From the NCBI RefSeq assembly GCF_964204865.1, contig NC_135261.1:8618001-8682000 (forward strand): a stretch of DNA of 64,000 nt, read 5' to 3'. This DNA is from Styela clava (taxonomy: Eukaryota). Below, piece after piece: positions 11,831 through 24,900 of this stretch. The notes under the pieces are model-generated. The model ran no database searches. It saw nothing but the letters and a program-made list of their open reading frames with translations, and was not told the DNA's origin. The translations under genes and the position numbers were made by a program. Each line of letters starts with the position of its first letter. Positions within the stretch are counted from its first letter, which is position 1.

Positions 11831-12488
11831 CACCGGTAGTAGTTATATAAACATGTACTTTTGTGGGCAATATGACTTTGTTTCTAATATCTTATAATAA
11901 CAGCGTTGTTCAGGATATACGGTAGTCTACAAGAACTTCGTTCACTTAACTTTGTTTCTCATTTCATGTCCGCGGATTGCCGTGGTAATTTGAGAAGTAA
12001 TGATTTTTATTGTGAGTAGGCACAATCGCAGGTTACATTGAACGCAATTAACCCAATAAACAAATCATTTTAAATATGCCCGCATCGGTCATGGATTGCA
12101 CAATTGTATATTGTACTCATCGAGTTTTAAAGTCGACCTTGGGATTTTGTAACGGCGATATCTCGCTTAAAAATAATCTTTAGTGCGAAAGAACAAATAA
12201 AGTTTAACAAATCCCAAGATCGCAAAAATACGATTCCAATTTATTTATAGTTGGCAGTTGTTTTATGTTATTTTAGAATACTAATCTTTTATTCAAGTAA
12301 TCCTCAAAGTAATCTTGAATCAAACGTGAGTAACGATGCGCACAATTAAATTATTATGACAGACATTTTAAATGCACGCATCAGACAGTTACAAAATTAA
12401 CCAAGTCAGTCTTTTGAAAAGTAATCAAATAGCTCGCGGAGCCCCTAGGTTTCTTTCGCGGAGCACTTTGAGAACCTATGTTTTAGAC

Positions 12489-13870
12489 CAGGGGTCACCA
12501 AACTACGGCCCGTAATAACACGCAAAAATGGCTAAATTTTTTCCAAGGAACTTGTTTATTTCGTAACATTGACCAATCAGCAAGATGCAAAAAAACGGGA
12601 CGTAATAAGAAGCCTCTTCGCATCTCAGCTCAGATAACTTTTGTCATCCTGACAGATTTCCAGTCGTGGTTGTAAACAATACTTCGTTTTTGCGACTTTG
12701 AATGCTATTCGTTAGTTTTTGATTGTGTTTCGGAAATTTAAGTATGAATCAAATAAGTCAACTATCATTTGCATCCTTAGGAGTTGTAGTTTTAATAGTA
12801 GTAATAAAAAATTAGTCTAGAAATAGCTGTGATAAAATAGGCTAAAATTCTCTACCGGTACGCAACGTTTTCTGCGAAAGATGCACTTGTACACCCGTGG
12901 CGCGTGCTTTCGACGAAACTGTTTACGTTTCTTGTGCTAAAATAAATGTTGAATGTGCATTTTGCGCTAACAGTACTATAATCCCTCGCGTACTGCTCCA
13001 ATTTCATAAGTCACACTAACTTTTGTACTGCTCAAATGAGGATATTCATGTAGTATGTTACAAAAACAATTCATCCGATTTAAATAAAAACTGCGCCAGT
13101 GGATAGATCTGAGTGAAAATAGAAAACAGTACCAATTTTATAAAAAAACGGTCAAGAAATAACCGAGATATCGGAATTTTAGTACCGCCCGACAGGGCAA
13201 TTATTTTTATAAGGATTGTATTACTTTTTTGATAAGAACTGTAACAAATATGAAAAAATAACACATGTCAATCACTAATATTGAGACTATTTCGGGATTT
13301 TATTGACACCGGTCATTGACACCGCCGAAAGATCGTCGCAAATAAACGCTGCAGTTGTGCATGATAGTTTAATTTTCACTACGTATAAAAGGGGGGAGGC
13401 GGAATTTTAAAAGCGTCGAAAGCTGAGAAATGTATGCGCTAATGAAAAAAATCAAATACCAGATATGTTGTTTATTTTATCTAAATTATGTCAAAATTTC
13501 ATGGAATTCCAAGCTACAGCAGGCAGTCCGTAGTCGTTTTCAGCAGTAGCAGTATTCCAACACGGCGTAACAGTTCTTAGCAGACGTGAAGCGTACATTA
13601 TTTTGGCGCGAAATAGCCGATTTTGTAACATTCCTAATTCATGACAGCAACGTTTTGATAACAGCTAAACTCAGGATAGTTGTCTAGATATAGATAGAAT
13701 TAAATATTCAAGTCTTCAGAAATGTAGAATATATATTGTTAAATAAATTGGATGAATTTCCCAACTTTTGTGAATTTATTTTATTGCATTGACAAAAATA
13801 TTCATCCGGCCCGTTTCAACCCAGTTTGAGTCATACCCGGCCCGCGGTCAAAAAAGTTTGGTGACCCCTG
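12489..13870. mobile_element. Non-autonomous hAT element (second family)
   Basis: Perfect TIR CAGGGGTCACCAAACT / AGTTTGGTGACCCCTG; CGGCCCG subterminal repeats; perfect 8-bp TSD TTTTAGAC (12481-12488, 13871-13878). Confidence 0.92.
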
Positions 13871-14746
13871 TTTTAGACCATTAATCTTGATCTTACATCA
13901 GTACATTATTATTGGTGTAATATAGTTCTAATTTGATTTAATGATTGAATCTTACATATTCTTATTGCTGTATTGCCTTGCCATACTGTCATTTTTTATA
14001 TCGAGCCAGGTTCTGTGGAAATGATCAGTATTGTACCAGATCACAGTGTGGTATAATTTATAATTTTATGCTTGCGCTCTGAACTCCACAATAAACATGA
14101 ATATATAGCGTCGAATCACAGAAAAAATGAATAAATTATTTGCCGACTTGTTTTCTGCCTTTTTATTTTTTTAATTTTATACTGTCACAATCCAATGAAT
14201 CCATTATCAAAGCTTATTAATCACAGTGAACAAAATGGTCAGGAGCCTCGATGACCTGCGAAGGTTTTGCATACTGACCTACACAACTCAATGTTTATGT
14301 TATTCACTGCAATGTAACATTGTCTGTTCTTTTATTTGACATTGTTTGGTGGATAAAAATCTCTCTCTCTCTCTCATTAACCCATAAAAAATATATAGCC
14401 TATTTTACAGCAAAGAAAAAAAAACTTTGAAACTATTTTAGAAGTACAGACAAGTAGGATAGATAAATTGGATAGTAGGCCTAATGCAATAATGTCTGTC
14501 TGTGCATGAATAAATAAAGCAAAATAAGATATGTTTTTTTATTTGGTTAGAATGAATATAATGGAAATGATAGACTAATATGGTGCCATGCTAATATAGC
14601 TTTTCACCCAAATAGGTTAAACCCATTCAATCTATAAATTATGTGATTATATTAGGACTGATTTGACAATATCTATCATTAAACTGAAACATTCATTATT
14701 TTGAAAATATATATAAAAGCTCAATTAGGCCTACTGTAATATAAAC

Positions 14747-17700
14747 ATGGCTCTTCAAGTTTGGGTCGAGGATAAACTTCATGAAATCCTTGGTATGAGT
14801 GAGAAACATGTTGCCCAATACCTTATTGGACTATGTCAGAAAAGTACATCAATGGACGGGTTTGCTGACACTCTACAAAAGACTGGTGCGTTTGATGTCA
14901 CTGATAAATTTTTAAGTTTTGCAAAAGATTTATATGCAAAAGTTCCACACAAACAAGTTGCCACCAGCAATACTAATCGTTTACGAGAACAAAAAATTGT
15001 TTCAATGCATCAGAAAAATTTAAGTTATAAATTAGTGTCATCTGATGAAGATGAAACTATTCCGTCAAAATCAAGTCGTAAGACAACATCAGTTTCCTTC
15101 TCGGATAAAAAAGAAAGAAAAGGATCTATGGGTAAAAAAGTGCGAGCAATACGTAAGCGTAATCAGACATCTTCTGAAAGCGAGGATGAACAACCAACAG
15201 GAAATGATAAAGATGATAAATCTGGATCGTCATCATCAGATGAATGGGACAAGGAAGAACAACAAAGAAAACAAGACTTGGAAGAGCGAGATAAATTTGC
15301 CGAACGAATGAAAAAAAAGGATAAAGAGAAAACCAGAAAAGTCATGGATCGAAGTGATGGAAAAGCATACAAAGAAGCAAAAAAACGTCTTGAAATTGCA
15401 GATGCCAATGACTCAAAAATCCTACAAGATCTTCGTAAAAAATCAAGGCGAGAATATTTGAAGAAAAGAGAAGAAGATAAATTACAAGAATTAGAAGGTG
15501 ATATTTATGATGAGGAACATTTTTTCGCTGGTGAAGAATTAACAGAAAAGGAACGCCAAGAATTAGAATTCAAGAAGCAAGTTCGCGATATCGCGTTAAA
15601 CTACAAAGGTATTGGTGAATCACAAAAACGAGGTCGATATTACATACCAGAGGAAAAAAAGAGAGGTGATATACATGATGAATATGATGAAACTATTGGA
15701 CCATCAGGAGAATCTGGTAAATTGATTTCAGAGAATGAACGTTGGGAAGAAGCTCGTATTCATGCCGCAATAGCTCATTATGGCGCTAAAGATGCAAGAG
15801 AAAAGAAAGAAGAGAAGAAGTACGAGCTTCTCACAGAAGATGATGTGATTGAATTTGTTCAAGCTGCTACACACAAAGGCACATTGAATGAAGATCAATC
15901 ACCAGAAATGAGTGCATCTGAAAAAAAGAAAATGTCTATAAAAGAAACTAGGGAAAATCTTCCAATCTATGGATTTCGTGAAGACTTATTGGATGCTATT
16001 GATGAACACCAAGTTTTGATTATTGAGGGTGAAACTGGTAGTGGCAAAACTACTCAGATTCCTCAATATTTGTGTGAGAGTGGATATTGCAAAGGAGGAG
16101 TGAAAGTCGGTTGTACTCAACCTCGTCGAGTTGCTGCAATGTCTGTAGCAGCTAGAGTTGCATCGGAAATGAATGTGAAACTTGGGGCAGAAGTTGGTTA
16201 CTCAATTCGATTTGAAGATTGTACCAGTGAGCGTACCAAGTTAAAATATATGACTGATGGTATGCTCTTGCGTGAATTTCTCACTGAACCAGACTTGAAG
16301 GGATATAGTGTTATTATGATTGATGAAGCTCATGAACGTACTTTACATACGGATATATTATTTGGGCTTGTAAAGGATATTGCTAGGTTTCGACCTGAAT
16401 TAAAATTGCTAATTAGCAGTGCTACATTGGATGCCGAAAAATTTTCTGCATTTTTTGATGACGCACCAATCTTCAGAATACCAGGTAGACGTTACCCAGT
16501 TGATATTTATTACACAAAATCACCAGAAGCTGATTATCTTGATGCCTGTGTGGTATCTGTGTTTCAAATTCATCTGACACAGCCTCTTGGTGATATTCTT
16601 ATTTTTTTAACTGGACAAGAGGAAATTGAGACTTGTGCTGAAGTTATTCAAGAGCGTGCGAGGCAACTAGGGTCAAGGATTAAAGAACTTGTTATTTTAC
16701 CTATTTATGCAAACTTACCATCTGATATGCAAGCAAAAATATTTGAGCCAACTCCCCCAGGTGCTAGGAAAGTTGTTATTGCCACTAATATCGCAGAAAC
16801 TTCTCTTACTATTGATGGAATTGTTTATGTAATTGATCCTGGATTTTGTAAGCAAAAAAGTTTTAATGCAAGAACAGGTATGGAGTCTCTTATAGTAGTT
16901 CCATGTTCAAAACAAAATGCAAATCAAAGAGCGGGCCGAGCTGGAAGAGTTGGGCCAGGAAAATGCTTCAGATTATATACTGCATGGGCTTACAAACATG
17001 AACTTGAAGATGCAAGTGTCCCTGAGATTCAGCGAACGAACCTCGGAAATGTTGTATTGATGCTTAAAAGCTTGGGTATCAATGATTTAATTCATTTTGA
17101 TTTTATGGATCCACCCCCTCATGAAACTCTTGTTATGGCTTTAGAGCAGCTTTATGCACTTGGTGCTTTGAATCACCTCGGTGAACTAACAAAACTGGGG
17201 CGTAGAATGGCAGAATTTCCAGTTGATCCTATGTTATCAAAAACTTTGTTAGCATCTGAGAAATATAAATGTTCTGAAGAAGTGGTAACCATAGTTGCCA
17301 TGTTATCAGTTAATAACTCCATATTTTATAGACCTAAAGATAAGATAGTGCATGCTGATAACGCTCGACAAAACTTTTATATGCCTGGGGGTGACCACCT
17401 TGTTTTACTAAATGTATATAACCAATGGGTGGGAACTGGTCATTCTACTCAATGGTGCTTTGAAAATTTCATTCAACATAGGTCAATGAAAAGAGCTCGT
17501 GATGTACGAGATCAACTCGAAGGTTTGATGGAACGTGTGGAGATTGAACCAACTTCAAATCCGAATGATATTGTTGGAATACGTAAAGCGTTTACAGCAG
17601 GATTTTTCTATCATGTTGCTCGCCTGACGAAAGGTGGTTACAAAACAGCTAAACATCAGCAAAGTGTTCACATTCACCCAAATAGTAGTATGTTTGAAGA

Positions 17701-17890
17701 GCAACCCAGATGGCTTTTATATTTTGAGCTTGTGTTTACAAGTAAAGAATTTATGCGACAAGTCATTGAGATAGACAGTCAATGGTTACTTGAAGTTGCC
17801 CCACATTACTATCAAGCGAAGGAAATTGAAGATTCTAGTAAAAAGAAAATGCCGAAAAATGTTGGTAAATCCAGAGAAGAGCTAGGATGA
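14747..17890 (+). CDS. DHX16: Pre-mRNA splicing factor ATP-dependent DEAH-box RNA helicase (Prp2 orthologue), single coding exon, 1047 aa
   Basis: [33 protein letters not shown]2/OB region; N-terminus [11 protein letters not shown] and C-terminal KKMPK are typical of DHX16. Confidence 0.96.
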   Translation: MALQVWVEDKLHEILGMSEKHVAQYLIGLCQKSTSMDGFADTLQKTGAFDVTDKFLSFAKDLYAKVPHKQVATSNTNRLREQKIVSMHQKNLSYKLVSSDEDETIPSKSSRKTTSVSFSDKKERKGSMGKKVRAIRKRNQTSSESEDEQPTGNDKDDKSGSSSSDEWDKEEQQRKQDLEERDKFAERMKKKDKEKTRKVMDRSDGKAYKEAKKRLEIADANDSKILQDLRKKSRREYLKKREEDKLQELEGDIYDEEHFFAGEELTEKERQELEFKKQVRDIALNYKGIGESQKRGRYYIPEEKKRGDIHDEYDETIGPSGESGKLISENERWEEARIHAAIAHYGAKDAREKKEEKKYELLTEDDVIEFVQAATHKGTLNEDQSPEMSASEKKKMSIKETRENLPIYGFREDLLDAIDEHQVLIIEGETGSGKTTQIPQYLCESGYCKGGVKVGCTQPRRVAAMSVAARVASEMNVKLGAEVGYSIRFEDCTSERTKLKYMTDGMLLREFLTEPDLKGYSVIMIDEAHERTLHTDILFGLVKDIARFRPELKLLISSATLDAEKFSAFFDDAPIFRIPGRRYPVDIYYTKSPEADYLDACVVSVFQIHLTQPLGDILIFLTGQEEIETCAEVIQERARQLGSRIKELVILPIYANLPSDMQAKIFEPTPPGARKVVIATNIAETSLTIDGIVYVIDPGFCKQKSFNARTGMESLIVVPCSKQNANQRAGRAGRVGPGKCFRLYTAWAYKHELEDASVPEIQRTNLGNVVLMLKSLGINDLIHFDFMDPPPHETLVMALEQLYALGALNHLGELTKLGRRMAEFPVDPMLSKTLLASEKYKCSEEVVTIVAMLSVNNSIFYRPKDKIVHADNARQNFYMPGGDHLVLLNVYNQWVGTGHSTQWCFENFIQHRSMKRARDVRDQLEGLMERVEIEPTSNPNDIVGIRKAFTAGFFYHVARLTKGGYKTAKHQQSVHIHPNSSMFEEQPRWLLYFELVFTSKEFMRQVIEIDSQWLLEVAPHYYQAKEIEDSSKKKMPKNVGKSREELG

Positions 17891-18395
17891 ATTAATAGCT
17901 TGTGATTGTGATCGGCAAAATGGTATTTCCAACTGCAGCTTGGAAAATTACAACACTAGTGGCATGGATAAAAGAGGGCATAAAAAGAATTATTTTCGGT
18001 AACATGCTGAAGAGGTTCGATGAAAAAGTGACCGAGACACCTTCTACCATGGGCAGAACAAATCTACTTCGGTATATATATATATACTTTGTGTTGAGCA
18101 TGCTGTGCAACTTATATATATGTCCATTAAAATTAAGGCCAAACTTGTTGATTTTCATGATTTGGTCATATGAGTATCTGGAATCAGCAATTAGTGGGCA
18201 ATATTTTCTTTCTTTCATTAAATTTAAAGATGGTATTCAACTTTCCATTATTTAATCTATTGATTTATCTGTTCCCCAGATTATACAAAGTCTTTATTTT
18301 TCAAAGTATCTGGACACAGTTTCACCTTTGTCTTCAAATTGACTTACATATAGGCCTAGGGTTACATAAAATGTCTCGAGTTTGATACTGTACAG

Positions 18396-18846
18396 CAGGG
18401 GTCGGCAACCTTTTGTCGTTCGCTGGCCAAAATTAAAGGTTGCTAGTCATTGGCGGGCTGCACATATTTTTAGAAAGGTAAAAATCGAATGGATGACCGA
18501 TGAATCACATTTTATCACACATATCAGAAGTTAAATTTTAAGCAACGCGCGAAGACTGACCATTTGAATATTTTTTGCGCTATTAAACCTTTTGCACTTA
18601 GCATCAACTTTTCTGCGTTTTGTTGCCATTTGTCTGAATTATAATTAAATTATAGGCTCATTAAACGAGTAATTGTGAATTATATACTTGTTACGTTATA
18701 ATATAATTAGGTCTACACGTAAATTCTGTTGCGTTAAGAATATAATCGACAAAACAGCTATAATTTGTTACTATAGTTCAGTGAAGCGTCGCGGGCCGGA
18801 TTATATTGCCGCGTCCGGCCCGCGGGCCGTAGGTTGCCGACCCCTG
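18396..18846. mobile_element. hAT MITE
   Basis: Perfect TIR CAGGGGTCGGCAACCT / AGGTTGCCGACCCCTG; TSD CTGTACAG/CTGTACAC. Confidence 0.9.
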
Positions 18847-19410
18847 CTGTACACACTACGCTTTATCCCAGGTGGGTTTTAAAAATTGATCACATAATAC
18901 CGAGCTAGGAGGGTTTCTTTTCATCTGAGTAAAAATAGTTTGCTATTGTATAGTGATGGCTGCTTGTCTAACGCACTATAATAACAAATAAGGGAATATC
19001 CACAACAAAAAAATTTATTCCCAAATTTGCATGTAATCACTTACAAATTTTGATTTGGTTGAATTTTGATAATGTGGAGATAGATTTTTTGATAAAATAT
19101 GATGCTTTAAGTCGCTATATAATAAATAAAATTGATTAAATCGTATTCTGTTTTTCCTATCATTGAGTTCGGTGGCTTTCTTCGGACCGTGACTAATGCT
19201 CGAAATTTGCTTAATTCAAAAGCGATGCTGGTGATCAGTTAGTAGAGGTTTGGATACTTGTCTTCGCGTGGGTATGAAGCTCCGTGGCGACGCTTCGATA
19301 TTGTCGCCCCTAATGATAGTTCTGTCGCTTCTGACAGTTTGGCCGTTCATGTTGCTATATTGTTTTCGACATATTTATGTCGAATCACGTTTGAAGTATT
19401 GAATTATAAG

Positions 19411-19877
19411 TAGGCTTACCATAGCCTACGTCCCCTCTTTAGGCGGGACAGTCCCGCTTTTAAGCGTCAGCCAAAAGTCCCGCTTCGGCGTTCAGCCTTC
19501 CATCATAATACACTAACTTGTTACTGTTGTTTTATGTAGCGCAGCGCTAGCCTACTTACTGAAGGTGAATGCGTTTGTTTCGTTGTTTCCCGCTAACATT
19601 GTTTGGAAACGTATCGCATGTAAAACCAATACTTTTTGGATTGTATATATTTGTATCGTTAACGTCAATTCCTTTCTATTATTCGAACTGAACGCGATAT
19701 TTGGACAGAAAATATGCGCGTGAATTCTCGATGATTATATGGTCAATGAAGACGGACGGGATAGCTTTAAATGTAGGCCTATGTAGTAAAATCGAAAAAA
19801 GTTACAAAATCACAGCTAAGGAGTCGTAGTCTTTAGAGGCGTCCCACTTTGAAGTCACAAATATATGGTAGGGCCTA
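19411..19877. mobile_element. hAT (Blackjack-like) MITE
   Basis: TAGGCTTACCAT / ATGGTAGGGCCTA termini with GTCCC/GGGAC subterminal repeats. Confidence 0.6.
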
Positions 19878-20414
19878 ACCCTAGTTATAAGAGGTCAAAA
19901 GTTTCCCATTTTGCAAGAAATCGAAAAAGAGGCAATACGAAGCACAAATATGTGTGCACACGTAGTCGAAACTGCTGTACGGGGCGACCCCCAAAAAAGC
20001 AGAACCCACAAATTACTTATGGAAATGTAGTTAATTTAAATTACACTTGTACTTATGTCTGTGTATGATTATACCCGAAAGTTTCAGTGATCTTAAGACG
20101 TTGTACACAAAAGTTGTGTTATTTCCAATTCTAGGATTTGTTCCAAATGGGCATTGTATACAGATCTGTATATGTTGTGTAATATTGCAATCACTCGCAC
20201 GCACTTCTTTATGATGATTGTATTGTCACAGACGAAGTCTGGGGGCTTCATATGTTTATACATGCAGTTTATCATAGTTGGCAACACCAAAGCTATAATT
20301 GAGGTTCTCAAAGCAAGAGTAAATAAATGACATAGCCGATGATATGATAAACAATGCTGAAGTACACATATATAATAGCTAACAATTCTAAGAACAATAT
20401 ACAGTAATGATATC

Positions 20415-20800
20415 TAGGGCTGGGCAGTTCGGATCGAATAGTAAATTATTCGAATGGGTTCAGAGCGAAATTTCGAATCGCCGCCATTTTTCTTTCTTTC
20501 CGCCAATGGTCGAGGTGAATTCCTCGATTTTATTTTAATGAAGCCATATTTTTTTAACGCAATTCTGACATATGACTATTTTCTGTAGTGTGTTATTGAT
20601 AAAACGCGTTTTTTATTGTGTGTGAACGCTCAGCAATATGGGTTATGTATTCTATGTTTTCAGTAATTCATTTGTTGACAGGACCAATTACAATTAAAAG
20701 TCGCATACAAATATATATCTCCCAAGTATTCGAGATTCGATTCGAAAAGAATATTCGATTCGAATCTAAAATCATCAGGTATTCGAAAATGCCCAGCCTA
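20415..20800. mobile_element. hAT-type MITE (TAGGGCTGGGCA family)
   Basis: TIR TAGGGCTGGGCA / TGCCCAGCCTA; TTCGAA repeats; TSD-like ATGATATC/CTGATATA; second copy at 23482. Confidence 0.85.
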
Positions 20801-21918
20801 CTGATATATGTTTGCACAATATTTCATGCACGACGAAAATAAAAAAAATCTGAATCTGAATCTATAACTAGAAGTAAAACGATGATTTTGCCGTATGTCA
20901 TAGAGAAAGAATGATTTATTTCCGAATATATCATCAACGTACAGTAAAAAGAATAGAATGAAAAATAATCATAAAATATAATCGGAAGGGGTGGGCAAAA
21001 CTGCAAAAACGACGGCCGCTAAAATATTTCCATCGGGATAAGGCACAGGCAAACTCTATTTACAATATTAAAACACATATTTTGAGTCAGAAGAAAAAAG
21101 TTATCACCGACTGCTTATAGATGGTTAAGTTATCAAATTAATTCCAACAATGGATTACAGATTCCAAAGTAAATATAAAATGGGCATGTTTATTAAACAA
21201 AGTTAGCTGATACTTTTTCTGAAATACTCTAATTGAATTGAGAAAGGAAAGTTAAAAAAAAGGTACCGTATTTGGAAAAAATAATTTAGTCGCATTTTGA
21301 AAAAATAATATGGTCAACAGACCCTTTTAAGTAACTAAAAATTAAAGAAATATATTCCACAGCTGTTTGAATTATTGATTATTAGTTGATATTTGATGAA
21401 AGAGCAAGTTTCATGCACCGAACTTGAATTTGAGACTACACTGCGAAGTAATATCGCCTAAAACATGAACGTGCGACGTGCACCCGTGAAAAACCTATTT
21501 CTAACTGCAGCCAAAATGGTGGCACTGGATAATTAAACAAATAGTATATATATGCTATAGTTAAATAAAATTATAAATAAACTTACAGAAACCCATACAA
21601 AGGCTAGAGCGTAAATTTAAAACAAATACGTATATATATTATTTTATGATCTACGTGGTATCTCTGCTCAGAACACATAACAGGTTTATTCCCATTACTT
21701 CAAGATACCCCCTTATTTTATTTTATATCGTATTATAAAGATACATTAACAAAAAATGATCAGAAGTCGCGTGAGTCAACCACTCAGAAACACTCTTCGT
21801 TTTCAAGGTCTATTTTCGAGTGCTTTTTTTATAAGTAATCAGGTATTTTACCGAGATAGGCCTTAGACTTGTGCAAATATTGCCACAGGCATTTGCTTTT
21901 TATTGCACTTCGTTCTAT

Positions 21919-24900
21919 TTATTCAGTTTTCAAGCATCTTGTGTCATTGCTTACAAATTGGTTATTTTTAAATTCTTCCTGCTCTGTGTCAATGTGCACG
22001 TTACAAACAACACGTGTCATTTCTTGTGACTTTTTACAGAAGTCAGACACACATTGTCTATAACAGAGTTATTTATAGTCACTGACTGCACATTACTTGA
22101 TCTTCGTAGTGTTGATAGCCATTGAAAGGTACCATTACCACTTTTTATGACGTCGCACCTGTTGGAAAACATTCAACTGAAATTGACGCATGGACACGAA
22201 TTTTGAGATACAAAAATACCGTAATACAAAATTTTACTTGTGAAATAAACGTAAAGTGATGTGGAAAGATGCACACGGTATTATGAAAGGAGAGAGAAGC
22301 GCGAGAAAAGAATATCTGAAATTAATTTAACTCTCCGCACAGGTTGGTTATAGATAGAAATTGTGCTAAATGCTTACGTTGACTACACGCATGGCTCATT
22401 GTGTTAGATTCATTATAACTGAATATGTCTTACCGCGGATCGTCTCCTTCGCACCAAACCTCGAAGCAGTATTCTATTCGAACTACGTCAACTTGGCTGT
22501 CGTTGATATGACGCAGGCCACATTTTTTGTTTACAATAACACCGTACGGCCAAATGTCTTTGTTCTTGATGGAAATCACTGGTGGCTCTACAGAAATATT
22601 TGAGTTTTCTGAGTTGATACAGATGTTTAGAGACTGGTCGGGCCTGTAAATATATATGTTGGGAATAAAAACGTTAGAAACTATTCGAAAAAAGATGAAA
22701 GTAATATATGAATAGACACTATCATATTTGACTACTGGGAATATGAAAGATACTGCTCCAGTTAACGGAACAGAAGAAAATAATTTAGCGATGTCATATA
22801 TTTCATAGGTAATGACTCTGAGTAGTCGTTTCGAATTCCAGAAAACATACATATGCTGAAATGGTTATTGCAGAGAAAAAGTTGAAGTCACCTAATCATA
22901 AGTGTCCCAGGTTCCACTACCATTTCATAATGTTCCGAGTTCATTCCCCTTGTGACATATGCAAACGAATGTACGTCGGAAATACACCAAACTAGTTCGT
23001 AGTTGTTAGGTTTCTGCTCTACTGTAAATCGCTTCACGTAGCCAACAAAATATAACGTTTTTGAAAACAGTTTCTCAATCGCCCGCTGGAAGATGGCTCG
23101 GAATCTTAAAAGGAAATAAAAGCTTAGTAATTCTTGATCTTTTGGGTATGTTCTCCGAACTCTTCCATTCTGTATCTCACATAAAAAGTGTCAAGTGAGA
23201 ATAGGCATTCGCCGAAAATTTCAAAACATTAAAAAGAAACTCACAACGTAAAATGATTCACACCGAACACAATTCTGCCCGGAAAACTATTTTTTACTAT
23301 CTTAAATTCTTCCCAGTTGCTTTCTTCTTCTTGTCGTGTTTGTATCTAAAATATATCAACAACCACTGATTTTTTAGTAAAATAGGATTTTATGTTATAT
23401 ATATTTATATCAAGTCTATAAGACGAATTTGCCATGCAGCCTCTATGTGTGCATCGCTACCAGCTGAAGGGGTGTGGTGGGTAGGGCTGGGCATTTCGAA
23501 TCGAATAGTGAATCGGTTCGAATTTTTTTATCGGAGCCATAGTTTTTCAATGCAATTATGACTATTTTCTGTAGTGAGTTATTGATAAAACGTGTTTCTT
23601 ACTGTATGTGAACTCTCAGCAATCTGCCTGAGTGATGTATTTTACGTTTTCAGTAATTCATATGTTGAAAGGACCAATTACAATGAAAAATCGCATACAA
23701 TTATACATCTTCCAAGTATTCGATTCGAAAAAAATATTCGATTCTGAAATCATCAGGTATTCGAAAATGCCCAGCCCTACTGGTGGGCGAAATAGATTGT
23801 GACCAAATTGACGCTAACGTAAATTGAGGAATTCCTAGGGATTCGAAATAGGAAAGGTAGATAGCCACATGGCAAGAATTATAACGCAGGAGTGCAGCGT
23901 CTCGAGTCAGCTTGGAACTCAAACCTTCAGGACTTTGGACTTGACTTGAAATTGGGTTTGGTGTTGACTCGACATGACTCGCTACTTAGTCTATAAAAAG
24001 TTGCACTCAACAACGGTAGTTTGACTACTCTCGCACTAAAAGAGCTATGGTAATCATAAACAGTTCACTGTGAACATAGCGTACCGTTATATCAGAGAGT
24101 TTGACGTGAGATAGTGGGTCAAAATATGCCGGTATTGATATCAAGACATCTTTTTTGAAGCTCAAGCCTTTTGGAAGAAGCTGGATTGTAGGGGTCATGG
24201 TCAACCAATTTTCGTCCTGAAATGGAAGTATGTAAACACACAAATGCCGGATTAAAATTCCATGATTTTGTCAAAATTAGAATTACCAGTATAGCTTAGT
24301 TAATAATCAAAGTGAGCCGATCACTGCATGAGGCAGTGCTGAGGCCGGAAATCTTCAACTATGCTATGCCGATAGCGTTTTTGAATGTCTAACCTGAGTT
24401 ATCGTCGCTGCAACTTTTCACCACTTACTTGAAAAGGTTGTCGATGGAAAAAACACTTCAGCGTAATTTCAGTTAAATGGTCCAAGGCTCCTTTGGGTAT
24501 TAACACACTGCATCCAGCAATCGCCAACGATCCGCCGTGAGAACCAATAACTTCTGATATATCATAAATATCAACATTGTTAATATCTGAGATCGTGGAT
24601 ACAACTTCTTTCTTTCCACTATTTGAAGATAAGCTGAAATTATTTAGTATATCAAATTATAGTAATATTTTTTTTATATTACCTACTATTATTTTGCATC
24701 TTATTGTAACGTATATTAATTCGAACTGCTCAATATATATATACGGAGGCCTGCACCCTTGTCTGAATTTTAGATGTGTATGCGTATAGTTTTTGCAAAC
24801 TGTTGACGAAATATTTCTGTGAAGAGAAACTCTGACTTACTCTGCGTTTGTAAACAATCAATATATATACCATACACGCCTCGCATATCAGAAAACAAGT

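Larger units (their letters stand above)
10505..12480. mobile_element. Non-autonomous hAT element (about 2 kb) with internal cargo
   Basis: TIRs CAGGGGTTCTCAAACT / ACTTTGAGAACCTATG; GCGGAGCCC subterminal repeats at both ends; TTTTAGAC on both sides (10497-10504, 12481-12488). Confidence 0.85.

Noticed and set aside
15045-15408. Shadow ORFs overlapping DHX16 (and likewise MTRF1L, REDIC1, NTPCR, POGLUT1)
   Set aside because: Alternative-frame or antisense by-products of real coding sequence
17892-18385. ORFs directly after DHX16
   Set aside because: No recognisable motifs, composition typical of AT-rich 3' UTR
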